Positions 17,510 to 28,161 of a stretch of 54,004 bases of DNA are shown piece after piece. Source of the DNA: an uncultured Gammaproteobacteria bacterium (GTDB taxonomy: Bacteria > Pseudomonadota > Gammaproteobacteria > SZUA-152); NCBI GenBank assembly GCA_913009875.1, contig CAJVYS010000005.1:1-54004 (forward strand), read 5' to 3'. Every line of letters begins with the position of its first letter. Position 1 is the stretch's first letter. The position numbers were made by a program, and so were the translations under genes. The notes beneath the pieces are model-generated. The model saw only the letters and a program-made list of their open reading frames with translations. It had not been told where the DNA came from and made no database searches.

Positions 17510-18521
17510 TGCACAGGGAAAGGTAAAAGAACTCAACGGGGTTCAGCGTTCCGCCATCCTGCTGATGACGCTGGGGGAAAAGGCGGCCTCTGAGGTGCTC
17601 AAGCACATGGACCCGAAAGAGGTGCAGAAGCTGGGCGCGGCGATGGCGCAGATCGACAATATCAGCCGCCAGCAGGTCGATGATGTGCTGCGCAACTTCT
17701 GCACCACGGTTCAGGAGGAGACGGGTCTCGGCCTGGGTTCCGATGAATACGTGCGCAAGGTGCTCATCAATGCCCTCGGGCAGGACAAGGCCGAGGGCCT
17801 CATCGATCGCATTATCCAGGGTGGTAACACCAAGGGGCTGGAAACCCTGAAATGGATGGATCCGCGTGCGGTGGCGGAGATCATTCGCCTGGAGCACCCG
17901 CAAATCATGGCGATTGTGCTGTCCTATCTGGAACCGGATCAGGCTGCCGAAGTGCTGGCGCTGTTCCCGGACCGCGTGCGCGTGGACGTGACCCTGCGCA
18001 TCGCCAGCCTCGATGGTATTCAGCCCAGTGCGCTCAACGAACTCAACGACATTCTCGAAAAGCAGTTTTCCGGCAATTCCAACGTCAAATCCTCCAGTGT
18101 CGGTGGCATCAAGGCCGCCGCCAATATTCTCAACTTCATGGACAGCGGCATCGAAGGCGAGATCATGGACAGCATCAAGGAGGTGGATGCGGACCTGGGG
18201 CAGAATATCCAGGATCTGATGTTCGTCTTCGACAACCTGCTGGAAGTGGATGACCGCGATATTCAAACCATCCTGCGCGAGATTTCCTCCGAATCGCTGG
18301 TGCTGGCGCTGAAGGGTGCGGAGGATGCGCTGCAAGAGAAAATCTTCAAAAACATGTCCAAGCGCGCCGCGGAAATGCTGCGCGATGATCTCGAGGCCAA
18401 GGGGCCGGTGAAGCTATCCGACGTGGAAGGGGCGCAGAAGGAAATCCTTTCCGTCGCCCGCCGCCTGGCCGATGCCGGCGATATCTCGCTGGGTGGTGGT
18501 GGCGGCGAAGAATATGTCTAA
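17502..18521 (+). CDS. fliG: Flagellar motor switch protein FliG
   Basis: EHPQ motif, MFVFDNL, NMSKRAAEMLRDD. Confidence 0.96.
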   Translation: MADAQGKVKELNGVQRSAILLMTLGEKAASEVLKHMDPKEVQKLGAAMAQIDNISRQQVDDVLRNFCTTVQEETGLGLGSDEYVRKVLINALGQDKAEGLIDRIIQGGNTKGLETLKWMDPRAVAEIIRLEHPQIMAIVLSYLEPDQAAEVLALFPDRVRVDVTLRIASLDGIQPSALNELNDILEKQFSGNSNVKSSSVGGIKAAANILNFMDSGIEGEIMDSIKEVDADLGQNIQDLMFVFDNLLEVDDRDIQTILREISSESLVLALKGAEDALQEKIFKNMSKRAAEMLRDDLEAKGPVKLSDVEGAQKEILSVARRLADAGDISLGGGGGEEYV

Positions 18522-19230
18522 GCTGATCGACAAGAAAGAGGCCGACGGGGGTTATCAGCGCTGGAAGCCGCCCCAGGTGGCGGATCTGTCCACCGCCGGT
18601 GCCGATGTGTCAGCGTCCAGCCTGCTGACGGCCGAGCAACTGGAGAACATACAGGCACAGGCCTACAAAGAGGCCTGGGACGAAGGTTTCAATAAGGGCC
18701 GGGAAGAAGGCCTGGCGGCGGGGCAGACAGAGATCACCCGGCGTGCCGCCTTGTTGGACGGATTGGCACAGGCTCTGGGCCGGCCCTTCGAGGAAATGGA
18801 TGCGGCGGTGGAGCAGGCACTGGTGGATCTCGCCATGACCCTCGCCCAGGCCCTGGTGCGGCGCGAGCTGCGCAGCGATCCCGGCCAGGTGGTGGCGGTG
18901 GTGCGCGAGGCCCTGGCCGCGTTGCCGGTGGCCTCACGCCATGTGCGTGTCTGCCTGCATCCGGACGATGTTGCCGTGGTGAGCGAGGCCTTGGTGGCGC
19001 GTGATGCCGGCAGCGATGCCCGTCGTGATTGGCAACTGCAGGAAGACCCCACCCTGATGCGCGGAGACTGCCGTATTCTCAGCGAAAATTCACAGATCGA
19101 TGCCACTATGGAAAAACGCCTTGCCGCGGTGGTGGCGCAGCTCAGCGGCGGCGAGCGTGAGCAGGATGCCGCTGTCGTCGATACCTCTGCCGACGGCGAC
19201 GCCGCAGCCACGGATGCCGCCTTGCCGTGA
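18514..19230 (+). CDS. fliH: Flagellar assembly protein FliH
   Basis: AxxxGxxxG repeats, LHPDD, GDCRI...IDAT; located between fliG and fliI. Confidence 0.9.
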   Translation: MSKLIDKKEADGGYQRWKPPQVADLSTAGADVSASSLLTAEQLENIQAQAYKEAWDEGFNKGREEGLAAGQTEITRRAALLDGLAQALGRPFEEMDAAVEQALVDLAMTLAQALVRRELRSDPGQVVAVVREALAALPVASRHVRVCLHPDDVAVVSEALVARDAGSDARRDWQLQEDPTLMRGDCRILSENSQIDATMEKRLAAVVAQLSGGEREQDAAVVDTSADGDAAATDAALP

Positions 19231-20651
19231 GCACTGCCGATCCGCCCATGTTGCCCCGCAGCCCGCGCTGGATTCGCCACCTCAGCGCCGCCCGTGAGCG
19301 GGTCGAGAAACCCCGCTTTATCGTTGAGGGCCGGCTCACGCGCATGGTGGGCCTGACCCTGGAGGCCGTGGGCTGCCATGCCCCGGTCGGTGCACGCTGC
19401 CTGGTGGAAGGTCCGGACGGGCAGGACATCGAGGCCGAGGTGGTCGGCTTCTCCGGTGAAAAACTGTTTCTGATGCCCATCGGCCGGGTGCAGGGCATCG
19501 TGCCCAATGCCCGTGTCACGCCCACCGGCGAGGCCTATGACGTGCCCGTCGGCCCGGCCCTGCTGGGGCGGATACTGGATGGTGGCGGCAACCCCCTCGA
19601 CGGCAAGGGCCCCATTACCCATACCCACCGCACACCGCTCACGGGGCGCAACATCAATCCCATGGCGCGCCAGCCCATCCGTGAGCCGCTGGATGTGGGC
19701 ATTCGCAGCATCAATGCCCTGATGAGCGTCGGCCGCGGCCAGCGTATGGGCCTGTTCGCCGGTTCCGGCGTCGGTAAGAGCGTGCTGCTGGGCATGATGA
19801 CCCGCTATACCACGGCGGACGTGATCGTGGTGGGCTTGATCGGCGAGCGAGGCCGTGAGGTGAAGGAATTCATCGAGAATATCCTCGGCGAGGAGGGCAT
19901 GGCGCGCGCCGTGGTGATCGCCTCGCCGGCCGATGACTCACCGGTGATGCGCCTGCACGGCGCGGCGCTGGCCACCAGTGTGGCGGAGTATTTCCGTGAT
20001 CAGGGCCTCAACGTGCTGCTGCTGATGGACTCTCTTACCCGCTATGCCCAGGCGCAGCGCGAGGTGGCCCTGGCCATCGGTGAACCGCCCGCCACCAAGG
20101 GTTATCCACCTTCGGTGTTCGCCAAGATCCCACAGCTGGTGGAACGCGCCGGCAACGGCGACAGCGGCGGGGGTTCCATCACTGCCTTTTATACCGTACT
20201 CACCGAGGGCGATGACCAACAGGACCCCATTGCCGACGCGGCACGCGCCATCCTTGACGGCCATGTGGTATTGTCGCGGGAACTGGCGGAGGCCGGGCAT
20301 TATCCGGCCATCGACGTCGAGGCCTCCATCAGCCGTGCGATGACCGAGATCACCCGCGATGAGCACCTCAAGGCGGCGCATCGTTTCAAGCGGATATATG
20401 CCATCTATCGCCAGCACCGCGACCTCATCAGCGTCGGTGCCTACCAGCCCGGCAGTGATCCACAGGTGGACGAGGCCATCGCCCTCTATCCGCAGCTCAC
20501 GCGGTTCCTGCAACAGGGCATGAACGAGCCCGTGTCGCTGGCGGAAAGCATCTCGGCGCTACAGGGATTGTGCCCGCCGGAGCCTGAGCCCGAAGTTGCC
20601 CAAAGTGCCCCTGTGCCCGTGACGGTCGTGCCTGCCGCTGGAAATCCATAG
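19227..20651 (+). CDS. fliI: Flagellar export ATPase FliI
   Basis: GSGVGKS Walker [27 protein letters not shown]. Confidence 0.96.
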   Translation: MSTADPPMLPRSPRWIRHLSAARERVEKPRFIVEGRLTRMVGLTLEAVGCHAPVGARCLVEGPDGQDIEAEVVGFSGEKLFLMPIGRVQGIVPNARVTPTGEAYDVPVGPALLGRILDGGGNPLDGKGPITHTHRTPLTGRNINPMARQPIREPLDVGIRSINALMSVGRGQRMGLFAGSGVGKSVLLGMMTRYTTADVIVVGLIGERGREVKEFIENILGEEGMARAVVIASPADDSPVMRLHGAALATSVAEYFRDQGLNVLLLMDSLTRYAQAQREVALAIGEPPATKGYPPSVFAKIPQLVERAGNGDSGGGSITAFYTVLTEGDDQQDPIADAARAILDGHVVLSRELAEAGHYPAIDVEASISRAMTEITRDEHLKAAHRFKRIYAIYRQHRDLISVGAYQPGSDPQVDEAIALYPQLTRFLQQGMNEPVSLAESISALQGLCPPEPEPEVAQSAPVPVTVVPAAGNP

Positions 20652-20830
20652 GCAGGCGGGGGATAGTGTCGGAGAAGGCTGCGGGAAATTAAGGAAAGAA
20701 TCTCCATTCCAGTCAGCTGGCGTTCAGTTTCAGGCTTTAGACTGACGGGCCGTGTCCGATCTAGTAGGGACATAATTGACGAGCTACACTAGACCGACAA
20801 CAGCCCCAAAACCGAGAGTTACACAGCAAG

Positions 20831-21367
20831 ATGCCCAGCAAAATGTGTTTTCGAAGATTACGACTAGCGACCTTTCTGATGATCCTCAGTGGGCCGCTAT
20901 TGGCCCAGGATTGCGATCCCAAGACCTATGCGTCGACCCCCAGTGATCAGTTCCGGGAACATGCCGATGGCACCGTGACCGATACCAAAAGCAAACTGAC
21001 CTGGATGCGTTGTCCCCTGGGTATGCAGTGGCAGGGTGGCAATTGCGTGGGTGTGGCGGCCCAGTATGAATGGGTGGATGCCGGGCGCTTTATCAAACAA
21101 ATGAATGGTAACGATGGATTTGCCGGCCACCGCGACTGGCGCCTGCCGGCCCTGAAAGAACTCGAAGGCATCGTCGAACACCGCTGCATCAGCCCGGCCA
21201 TCAATCTCGAAATATTCCCTGCCACGCCGCCGACCGGTTTCTGGTCAGCCACCCCGGAAAAGGATTATGACAAGGGTGTCTGGCTGATGTACTTCCTGCA
21301 CGGCAAGAGCTACATGGGCAATGCACAGCAGGAGTGGAAAGTGCGTCTGGTGCGCGACGCGCGTTAA
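20831..21367 (+). CDS. Secreted DUF1566 (Lcl C-terminal-like) domain protein
   Basis: Signal peptide; DGTVTD..L.W.RC, DWRLP...EL, VRLVR. Confidence 0.8.
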   Translation: MPSKMCFRRLRLATFLMILSGPLLAQDCDPKTYASTPSDQFREHADGTVTDTKSKLTWMRCPLGMQWQGGNCVGVAAQYEWVDAGRFIKQMNGNDGFAGHRDWRLPALKELEGIVEHRCISPAINLEIFPATPPTGFWSATPEKDYDKGVWLMYFLHGKSYMGNAQQEWKVRLVRDAR

Positions 21368-21392
21368 GTCGTTTTTTTGCTGACAAGTTGAC

Positions 21393-21430
21393 AAAGGCCT
21401 GTCCCCAAGGGGGCGGGCCTTTTGTTTTTG
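21393..21430 (+). terminator. Rho-independent terminator
   Basis: AAAGGCCTGTCCCC-AAG-GGGGCGGGCCTTTT hairpin followed by T-rich tract. Confidence 0.7.
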
Positions 21431-21436
21431 TCTATC

Positions 21437-21763
21437 TTTATTAGTCTCAGCTAAAGGTTAAAACCACCGCCTTTAGGCGGTCAGATTTATCAGCCATGTT
21501 TGGTGTGTGAGCGTTGAAGTTGGAGAGGGCAGTTGCCTCTCAGGTAGGATGCCGGTGAGCGGAGCGAACCGCATCGGTCGCGTCTCTGGAGTCTGTGCAG
21601 GCGCCCATCGGGAGGTCTTCAGCTCTCGAATGATGCGGTTCGTGGAGCTCACCGGCATCCTACAGGAAGCTCCAAAGTGGCCTTCAAGAACGGGGCTATT
21701 GACCCGTATCCGGACTTTCAGTCCGTTAGACTAACCCACCAGCTTTAGCTGGTGGTTGTTGAG
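21437..21763. mobile_element. Non-autonomous IS200/IS605-like element (PATE-like) without transposase
   Basis: Subterminal hairpins ACCGCCTTTAGGCGGT (about 21466-21481) and CCACCAGCTTTAGCTGGTGG (about 21736-21755) resemble IS200/IS605 ends; no sizeable ORF inside. Confidence 0.55.
21544..21663. repeat. GTAG-type REP doublet inside the PATE-like element
   Basis: GTAGGATGCCGGTGAGC..GAACCGCATC ... GATGCGGTTCG..GCTCACCGGCATCCTAC. Confidence 0.8.
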
Positions 21764-21790
21764 TATCAAAGCCTTTGTTGAAAGAGGCAT

Positions 21791-21813
21791 TTCGCGGCTG
21801 AAGCCGCTCCCAC
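21791..21813 (-). repeat. Single REP (GTGGGAGCGGCTTCAGCCGCGAA family)
   Basis: Exact reverse complement of copies at 37448, 39871 and 43878. Confidence 0.85.
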
Positions 21814-21835
21814 AAAGTCAAATTTTTTGGGGAGA

Positions 21836-22279
21836 TTACAGGGTTTCGGAACGGCCGCCGCGCTGTGAGCGTTCATCCTGTTCCTGCTGTTCCCGGCGTG
21901 AGGCCTGCTGTTCTTCAATGGCCCGATAGCGGGCAACCACCGTATCGAGCATGCGCGCCTTGCCGCGCAAGGCAAACCACAGGGCACGTTTGGCCTCGGC
22001 CTCCTGTGTGGCCTGCACGACCTGCAGCCCCTGTTGTTCGATGGCCTGTCCCAGCTTATGCAGGAACTGCTGGTAGTCCTCCAGTTGTGCCGCACCCATG
22101 CCCGTGGCGCCAGCCTGTTGAAAGCGCTGTCGGTAGTCATCACGATAACGCTGGAGTTCTTCCAACTGCTGCTGCGCCTGGCCCAATCGGGCCTGGGCTG
22201 CGCCCAGTACCCGCGCCGCCTGCTGCTCACGATCCTCGGCAACCCGGACAACGGGTTTCAAACGCCTGGATTTTTTCAT
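21836..22279 (-). CDS. fliJ: Flagellar export chaperone FliJ
   Basis: MKKSRRLKPV..AEDREQQAA, LEELQRYRDDY, YQQFLHKL, REQQEQDE pattern; about 147 aa coiled coil. Confidence 0.9.
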   Translation of the reverse strand: MKKSRRLKPVVRVAEDREQQAARVLGAAQARLGQAQQQLEELQRYRDDYRQRFQQAGATGMGAAQLEDYQQFLHKLGQAIEQQGLQVVQATQEAEAKRALWFALRGKARMLDTVVARYRAIEEQQASRREQQEQDERSQRGGRSETL

Positions 22280-22312
22280 TATCCGCAACCACTCCCAACA
22301 ATTAACTTAGAA

Positions 22313-25213
22313 CTATTTCAGCAGCCGCACGACCACCGATTTCCTGCCGGCACTACTCTCGGGCACCTCCTCAAGCGGCATCGGCATGCCAATATGAAAA
22401 CCCTGAGCATAATCCACGCCAATTTCCTTCAGGATGGCGACACACTCCTCGCTGTCGACATACTCGGCGATCGTCGTCTTGCCCATGGCATGGGCGATGT
22501 CGTTCATGGAGCGCACCATCGCCAGCTGCAGGGCATCACGCTGAATGTCGCGCACGAAGGAACCATCGATCTTAACGCTGTCCACCGGCAGATCCTTGAG
22601 ATAGGCGAAGGACGAATAACCCACGCCAAAATCGTCCAGCGCCGTATGGCAACCCAGTGCGCGCAATTGTTCGAGAAACTTCAACGCGGCACCGAGGTTG
22701 GCTATGGCCACGGTCTCCGTGACCTCGAAGGTCACCGCCGTAGGCGGCACGCTGTGCCGTTGCAAGGCATTGGTAATGACCTCCAGCATGCTCGCCTCAC
22801 CGATGGATTCGGCCGACAGGTTGATGGAGAAATGCAGCGTGGGCTGTTCTTTCAGCAGGTGGCCCAACGCCTCGATGGCATGATCGATCACCCAGCGGTC
22901 AATGGCGCGCATCAGGCCAAAGCGCTCGGCGGCGGAAATAAAGCCGGCAGGCTGGATGATATGACCGTCTTCGTTGCACATGCGCAACAACACTTCGTGA
23001 CGATTCATCTTGCCCGTCTTCAGATCCATGATGGGCTGGCTGACCAGACTGAATTGGTCGCGACTGATGGCTTCCTTGATACGCCGCGCCCAGCCCATGT
23101 CCTCGGACATGGCGGCCAAATCCTGCTGATCCTCGACCTCGTACAGATGTACGCAATTGCGCCCGGAACGCTTGGCAATATGACAGGCGATATCGGCTTG
23201 CATGAGCAGGTCTTCCTTACTGACCACGGACTGGCCGAACAGACTGACGCCGATGGAGCAACCGAGCTGGATCGCCTTGCCCTCATACTTGAAGACGTAG
23301 TCGGCAAGCAAACGACGATGGGCTTCGGCGGCCTGCATCACATCCGTTTCATTGGTGTCGTAGATGAGCAGGGCAAACTCGTCACCGCCCAGGCGGGCGA
23401 GCAGGTCGCTCTTGCGATTGCGCTGGCTGAGCATCTCGGTCACCTCCACCAGCACCTGATCCCCGGCCATATGCCCGAGGGTGTCATTGACGAACTTGAA
23501 GTTGTCGAGGTCGAGATACAGCAGGGCATAGTCCCGCGGGCTGCCACGGCGGGCATTCTCGACCACACGCTCCAGTTCGTTGAGGAAATATTCCCGGTTG
23601 TAGAGGCCGGTGAGGGAATCATGCTCTGCCATTTTACGCAGATTTTCCATCATCGCCATGCGCTCGCCGATGTCATCGACCAGGGCGATATAGAGCGTTC
23701 GGCCCTCTATCTCCAGTTTATTGACCTTGACCGACATGGGGAAACTGGAGCCATCCCGGCGCAACGCAGTGACCGTTGTTTCGTGACCGGAAATACTCAT
23801 CGAGGGTGATTTACAGAGTTCGAGAAAACTGGCAAAAACACCGCCCGGCGATAAAGGTACGATGCTCATGACCGGGCGCCCAATGGCCTCCACGGCAGGA
23901 TAATCAAAAAGCTGCTGTGCGGCATTGCTGAAGGTTTCGATCATGCCATGCTCATCCAGCGTAATGATGCCCTCGGCGGCATTGTCGAGGATGGACTCCA
24001 GGCGCGTCTGGCGCGACTGGACCTGGCCCTGCATGCGCAGAAACGCCTCCACCAGCACCGCGGTTTCCTGGGTGCGGGGAACCAGAGCCAGCAGATAATC
24101 CTCGCCCTTGCCGTGGGCCTCCAGGGCCCGTGTCACATCGAGAATGGGCCGGCGAATCACCCGCTCGAACATGAGGTAGGCGAGCAGCAGGACGATGGCC
24201 ATAAAGGCGGTAAATACCCAGACGATCAGGGACAGGGTATCGGCTGTATCCAGCGTGCGGATAATGTTCTTCTCGGAGAGGCTGGCCATCTCCTGCCTCA
24301 TAAGATCCAGAATCCCCCAGGCCTGGTCGAGTATCGGGCGAATCTCATTGCGCAAAATGGGCAGATCCGTACGCCAGTTATTCGAGGTGTATATCTCCAC
24401 GGCACGCCGGAAATCGGACTCATACTGCAACCTGACTTCCTGCATTATCCCCAGGGATTCGCGCTGCTGAAAATCCAGTTTGCCCAGTTCGCGATAGGCT
24501 TCCAGCTCGACCAGCAGCTCATCCACACGATCAATATAAGTCTCGCGGTTGATCAGATTATTCGCCATGCTGACAACCGGGTCGCCAAACACTCCGGAGC
24601 GATTGGCGACGAAGACCCGCACGGAACTGATCTGCTGCGCCCAGGCATAGCGCAGCTCATTCAGTGCCTGCAAAATAACCGGCTGGTCCGGTTTATCCGT
24701 CATTCCGGTCGCTTCGTCAATGGCCAGATTCACGGCCTGAAGAAAGGCCACGTTGCCCGGTTGCAAGTCGTTGAGCAGGATGGCTGCGGCCGGAAAACGG
24801 GTTTCCACATCAGACAGCACCGCCAGCAGCTTCTGGGTTTCTTCATCCAACCGCTGCACAGCAAAGACCAGATTGACGGCAAAATCATGGATGAAGGGGT
24901 GACGACGCAAGGCATAATGCTCCGTCAGCTGGCGCGCCTGCAGCTTGGTCTCCGCCAGACGAACAAGGATATTGCGATAAGACCTGGCATCCAGCATCAG
25001 GGGGTACTGATAAATGGCGCTTTCCGTCACCTGCAGGGAATCCGTCAGGGAATCAAAGGCCCAGCCCAAATCCTGATCCTCCTGAATCAGCCGAAAGCTT
25101 TCTTGGGTCAACAGGTGGACGCGGTGCTGAGTATACAGCGCCGCGGGCAATGACAGCATCGCCACCACGGCTGCCGTCAACAAAAAGCGTGCGCGAATAC
25201 TCTTGGCCATCAC
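22313..25213 (-). CDS. Membrane-anchored PAS-GGDEF-EAL diguanylate cyclase/phosphodiesterase
   Basis: Two TM helices flanking a periplasmic domain, PAS, RKSD I-site with GGDEF, EVLLR, DDFGVGYSS. Confidence 0.92.
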   Translation of the reverse strand: MMAKSIRARFLLTAAVVAMLSLPAALYTQHRVHLLTQESFRLIQEDQDLGWAFDSLTDSLQVTESAIYQYPLMLDARSYRNILVRLAETKLQARQLTEHYALRRHPFIHDFAVNLVFAVQRLDEETQKLLAVLSDVETRFPAAAILLNDLQPGNVAFLQAVNLAIDEATGMTDKPDQPVILQALNELRYAWAQQISSVRVFVANRSGVFGDPVVSMANNLINRETYIDRVDELLVELEAYRELGKLDFQQRESLGIMQEVRLQYESDFRRAVEIYTSNNWRTDLPILRNEIRPILDQAWGILDLMRQEMASLSEKNIIRTLDTADTLSLIVWVFTAFMAIVLLLAYLMFERVIRRPILDVTRALEAHGKGEDYLLALVPRTQETAVLVEAFLRMQGQVQSRQTRLESILDNAAEGIITLDEHGMIETFSNAAQQLFDYPAVEAIGRPVMSIVPLSPGGVFASFLELCKSPSMSISGHETTVTALRRDGSSFPMSVKVNKLEIEGRTLYIALVDDIGERMAMMENLRKMAEHDSLTGLYNREYFLNELERVVENARRGSPRDYALLYLDLDNFKFVNDTLGHMAGDQVLVEVTEMLSQRNRKSDLLARLGGDEFALLIYDTNETDVMQAAEAHRRLLADYVFKYEGKAIQLGCSIGVSLFGQSVVSKEDLLMQADIACHIAKRSGRNCVHLYEVEDQQDLAAMSEDMGWARRIKEAISRDQFSLVSQPIMDLKTGKMNRHEVLLRMCNEDGHIIQPAGFISAAERFGLMRAIDRWVIDHAIEALGHLLKEQPTLHFSINLSAESIGEASMLEVITNALQRHSVPPTAVTFEVTETVAIANLGAALKFLEQLRALGCHTALDDFGVGYSSFAYLKDLPVDSVKIDGSFVRDIQRDALQLAMVRSMNDIAHAMGKTTIAEYVDSEECVAILKEIGVDYAQGFHIGMPMPLEEVPESSAGRKSVVVRLLK

Positions 25214-25349
25214 ATGGACACCATAAGTGTTATCTGCAATACCTGATTATCAACTTATCGTCCAAAAGCGCCTCCGGAATAGGTCCGCGCCACCCATCAA
25301 ACGCGGGAATTCCTATAGAATCACTCCACTTTTTGTCAAATACCCATCA

Positions 25350-26039
25350 ATGTCAATGATTCTGCTGCTCAACAAGCCCTTCGATGTTCTCTGCCAGTTC
25401 ACGGATGCAGACAATCGTCACACCCTGGCCGACTTTGTCGACGCCCCCGGGGTCTATCCGGCCGGGCGCCTGGATCGTGACAGTGAAGGTCTGGTGATCC
25501 TCACTGACGACGGTGGCCTGCAACACCGCATCAGCCACCCCCGCCACAAACTGGCCAAAACCTACTGGGTGCAGGTCGAAGGCGAACCGGATCAGCATGC
25601 GCTGGATCAGCTGCGCCGGGGCGTGCCGCTCAAGGACGGCATGACCGCACCCGCGCAGGCCCGGCTGATTGCCGAGCCCGACATCTGGTCACGCACACCG
25701 CCGGTGCGTTACCGCGCCAGCATCCCCACCCGCTGGATCGAGCTGACTCTTCACGAGGGCCGCAACCGCCAGGTGCGGCGCATGACCGCGGCAGTCGGGC
25801 ACCCGACCCTGCGCCTGCTACGTGTGCGCATTGGACCATGGTCGCTGGACGGCCTGATGCCCGGCCAGTGGCGGGAGGCGCAAATGCCCGACGAATGGCG
25901 TAAAATGCCGCCCCATGAAAAGGAAACCCGGGCTCGGCATCGCCGCCCTCATCATACATCCCGTCATAAGGCTTCCTGTCATAAAGAAAGTCCCGCCCCG
26001 GGGCGCAGCGGGAAAAACCGGCGGCCTCCACGTGATTAA
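25350..26039 (+). CDS. rluE: 23S rRNA pseudouridine synthase RluE-like
   Basis: [31 protein letters not shown]; adjacent to mnmA; start uncertain (25350 or 25356). Confidence 0.8.
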   Translation: MSMILLLNKPFDVLCQFTDADNRHTLADFVDAPGVYPAGRLDRDSEGLVILTDDGGLQHRISHPRHKLAKTYWVQVEGEPDQHALDQLRRGVPLKDGMTAPAQARLIAEPDIWSRTPPVRYRASIPTRWIELTLHEGRNRQVRRMTAAVGHPTLRLLRVRIGPWSLDGLMPGQWREAQMPDEWRKMPPHEKETRARHRRPHHTSRHKASCHKESPAPGRSGKNRRPPRD

Positions 26040-26054
26040 GGACATTCATTAGCC

Positions 26055-27191
26055 ATGACAGCATCGGCCAACAACTCGCCAAACCCTGCAGTCGCGCCCC
26101 CCATGCCCCTGCACAATATTCTGGTCGGCGTCTCCGGTGGCGTGGACTCCGCCGTGGCAACCTACCTGCTGCGCGAGCAGGGCTTCGAGGTGCAGGGCAT
26201 GTTCATGAAGAACTGGGACGAAGACGACACAGCGGGCTATTGCTCGGCCGCGGTGGATCTTGAAGACGCCAGCAGTGTCTGCGAACAACTGGGCATCGAA
26301 CTGCATACACGCAATTTTTCCAGCGAATACTGGGACCATGTGTTCAGCTATTTTCTCGACGAATACCGCGCCGGCCGCACCCCGAACCCGGACGTCCTTT
26401 GCAACCGGGAAATCAAATTCAAGACCTTTCTTGAGCATGCCCTGATGCTCGGTGCCGATCACATCGCCACCGGCCATTACGCGCGAGTGGAATACCGTGG
26501 CGGCCACTATCGTCTGTTGAAGGCCCGTGACGGCAACAAGGATCAGACCTATTTCCTGCATGCCCTCGGCCAGCAACAGCTGCAACGGGCGCTGTTTCCA
26601 CTGGGCGAACTGTGCAAACCGGACGTGCGCCGCATCGCCGAACAGCAGGGTTTCACCAATGCGGCAAAAAAGGACAGCACCGGAATCTGCTTCATCGGCG
26701 AACGCAAATTCAAGCAATTTCTCAGCCGCTTCCTGCCCGCCCGGCACGGCGAGATGCGCACCCCGGAAGGCGAGCTGATCGGCCGGCACGATGGACTGAT
26801 GTATTACACCCTGGGTCAGCGTCAGGGCCTGGGCATCGGTGGCAGCCAGGGCGGCAGCGGTGATCCCTGGTATGTGATAGGCAAGGATCTCGACAACAAT
26901 ATTCTCATCGTCGCCCAGGGCCATGATCATCCACTGTTGTTCCGCTCCGAACTCACGGCCAACCAATTGAACTGGATTGCCGAGCGGCCCGCAGCACTGC
27001 CCTTCCACTGCATGGCCAAGACCCGCTATCGCCAGGCGGACCAGGCCTGCACAATTACTGAGCTGGGAGCCGAACTGGACGGGGACCACTGCCAGGTCCG
27101 CTTTGAACAGCCGCAGCGCGCCATCACTCCGGGCCAGTCGGTAGTGTTCTATCTGGGCGATGAATGCCTTGGCGGTGGTGTCATCAAATAA
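26055..27191 (+). CDS. mnmA: tRNA 2-thiouridylase MnmA
   Basis: [40 protein letters not shown]. Confidence 0.97.
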   Translation: MTASANNSPNPAVAPPMPLHNILVGVSGGVDSAVATYLLREQGFEVQGMFMKNWDEDDTAGYCSAAVDLEDASSVCEQLGIELHTRNFSSEYWDHVFSYFLDEYRAGRTPNPDVLCNREIKFKTFLEHALMLGADHIATGHYARVEYRGGHYRLLKARDGNKDQTYFLHALGQQQLQRALFPLGELCKPDVRRIAEQQGFTNAAKKDSTGICFIGERKFKQFLSRFLPARHGEMRTPEGELIGRHDGLMYYTLGQRQGLGIGGSQGGSGDPWYVIGKDLDNNILIVAQGHDHPLLFRSELTANQLNWIAERPAALPFHCMAKTRYRQADQACTITELGAELDGDHCQVRFEQPQRAITPGQSVVFYLGDECLGGGVIK

Positions 27192-27240
27192 CTGCGGGAC
27201 ACATAGCCCATCAACCCACATCGAGACCCAAGCCCACAAC

Positions 27241-27894
27241 ATGAAGTACACCAACACCGACCGCACCATTGCCCTGGCGGGCATTTTTCAGGCCACCCAG
27301 CTGGTCCACCAGCTTGCCTATACCGGCAAGGCCGATGGCGATGACTTCGAGACCTGCATCAACAGCCTGTTCCTTACCGATGTTGACACGCCGGTTGCCA
27401 CCTTTGGCGACATCACCCGCCTGCACAGCGGTCTGCAGGCACTGATCGAGCAGCTCGGCGGCAGCAGTGGCGCACCCAATCAGCCACAGCAAAACCGACA
27501 GCTGAGCACGACAAAGTACGCCATCGGCATCATGGTGCTGGAGCGCAAGCTCAGCAAGGATCCGGACATGCTCAAGGCGCTGTTCGATGGCATCGAGCAC
27601 GCCCGCAGTCAGGCCGGACATTTTTCCGCGACCCATGAAAATGTCATCGCCAGCCTGGCACACACCTACAGCCAGACCATCAGCACCCTGCGGCCAAAAA
27701 TCATGGTCAACGGCGAACACACCCATCTTGCCAATCCATCCACCGCGGATCGCATTCGCGCCCTGCTGCTGGCGGCAATCCGCGCCGCCGTGCTCTGGCG
27801 CCAGTGCCAGGGCAACCGCTGGCAGCTGTTTTTCAAACGCAAAAAGATTCTCGATGAGGCGCAGCGCCTGCTGATAAAGGCCGAGGCGGTGTAG
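27241..27894 (+). CDS. hflD: High-frequency lysogenization protein HflD
   Basis: IALAGIFQA, IRALLLAAIRAAVLWRQ; follows mnmA. Confidence 0.92.
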   Translation: MKYTNTDRTIALAGIFQATQLVHQLAYTGKADGDDFETCINSLFLTDVDTPVATFGDITRLHSGLQALIEQLGGSSGAPNQPQQNRQLSTTKYAIGIMVLERKLSKDPDMLKALFDGIEHARSQAGHFSATHENVIASLAHTYSQTISTLRPKIMVNGEHTHLANPSTADRIRALLLAAIRAAVLWRQCQGNRWQLFFKRKKILDEAQRLLIKAEAV

Positions 27895-27939
27895 GCCGAT
27901 AGCCGCCGGAAACCCGGAAACAAGAAGACCCTGAAGCAA

Positions 27940-28067
27940 GTAGCCTGGGTTGAACGTAGCGAAACCCGGGGAGTTGGCACGATAGATTCCCGGGTTTCGC
28001 TACGCTCAGCCCAGGCTACGGATTTAGCCCGTAAGTTGGGGGTGAACGTTTTTTGTGAACCCCAACA
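27940..28067. repeat. REP doublet (GTAGCCTGGG family, 27940-28019) plus a degenerate GTAAGTTGGGG REP (28031-28067)
   Basis: GTAGCCTGGGTTGAACGTAGCGAAACCCGGG ... CCCGGGTTTCGCTACGCTCAGCCCAGGCTAC. Confidence 0.8.
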
Positions 28068-28090
28068 TTCCCGCTGGACGCAGAAACAGA

Positions 28091-28115
28091 AAGGCCCTGA
28101 ATCATTCAGGGCCTT
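28091..28115. terminator. Perfect hairpin between convergent genes; possible terminator
   Basis: AAGGCCCTGAAT-C-ATTCAGGGCCTT. Confidence 0.5.
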
Positions 28116-28161
28116 ACGGTGACAAAAGCGTGGTGAAGGTGCGTAATAAACAGCTTGGCGT

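Noticed and set aside
21437-21763. IscB/TnpB system with omega-RNA
   Set aside because: No RuvC/HNH nuclease ORF nearby; the interior is explained by a REP doublet. An Rfam scan would be needed to exclude a trans-acting RNA
22034-25153. Long plus-strand ORFs (591 aa, 401 aa) and similar long antisense ORFs across the window
   Set aside because: Shadow frames opposite well-supported genes in high-GC DNA, with no recognisable motifs
27974-27990. TGGCACG sigma-54-like -24 box
   Set aside because: No GC at -12 (TC instead), and it lies in the loop of a REP doublet between convergent genes
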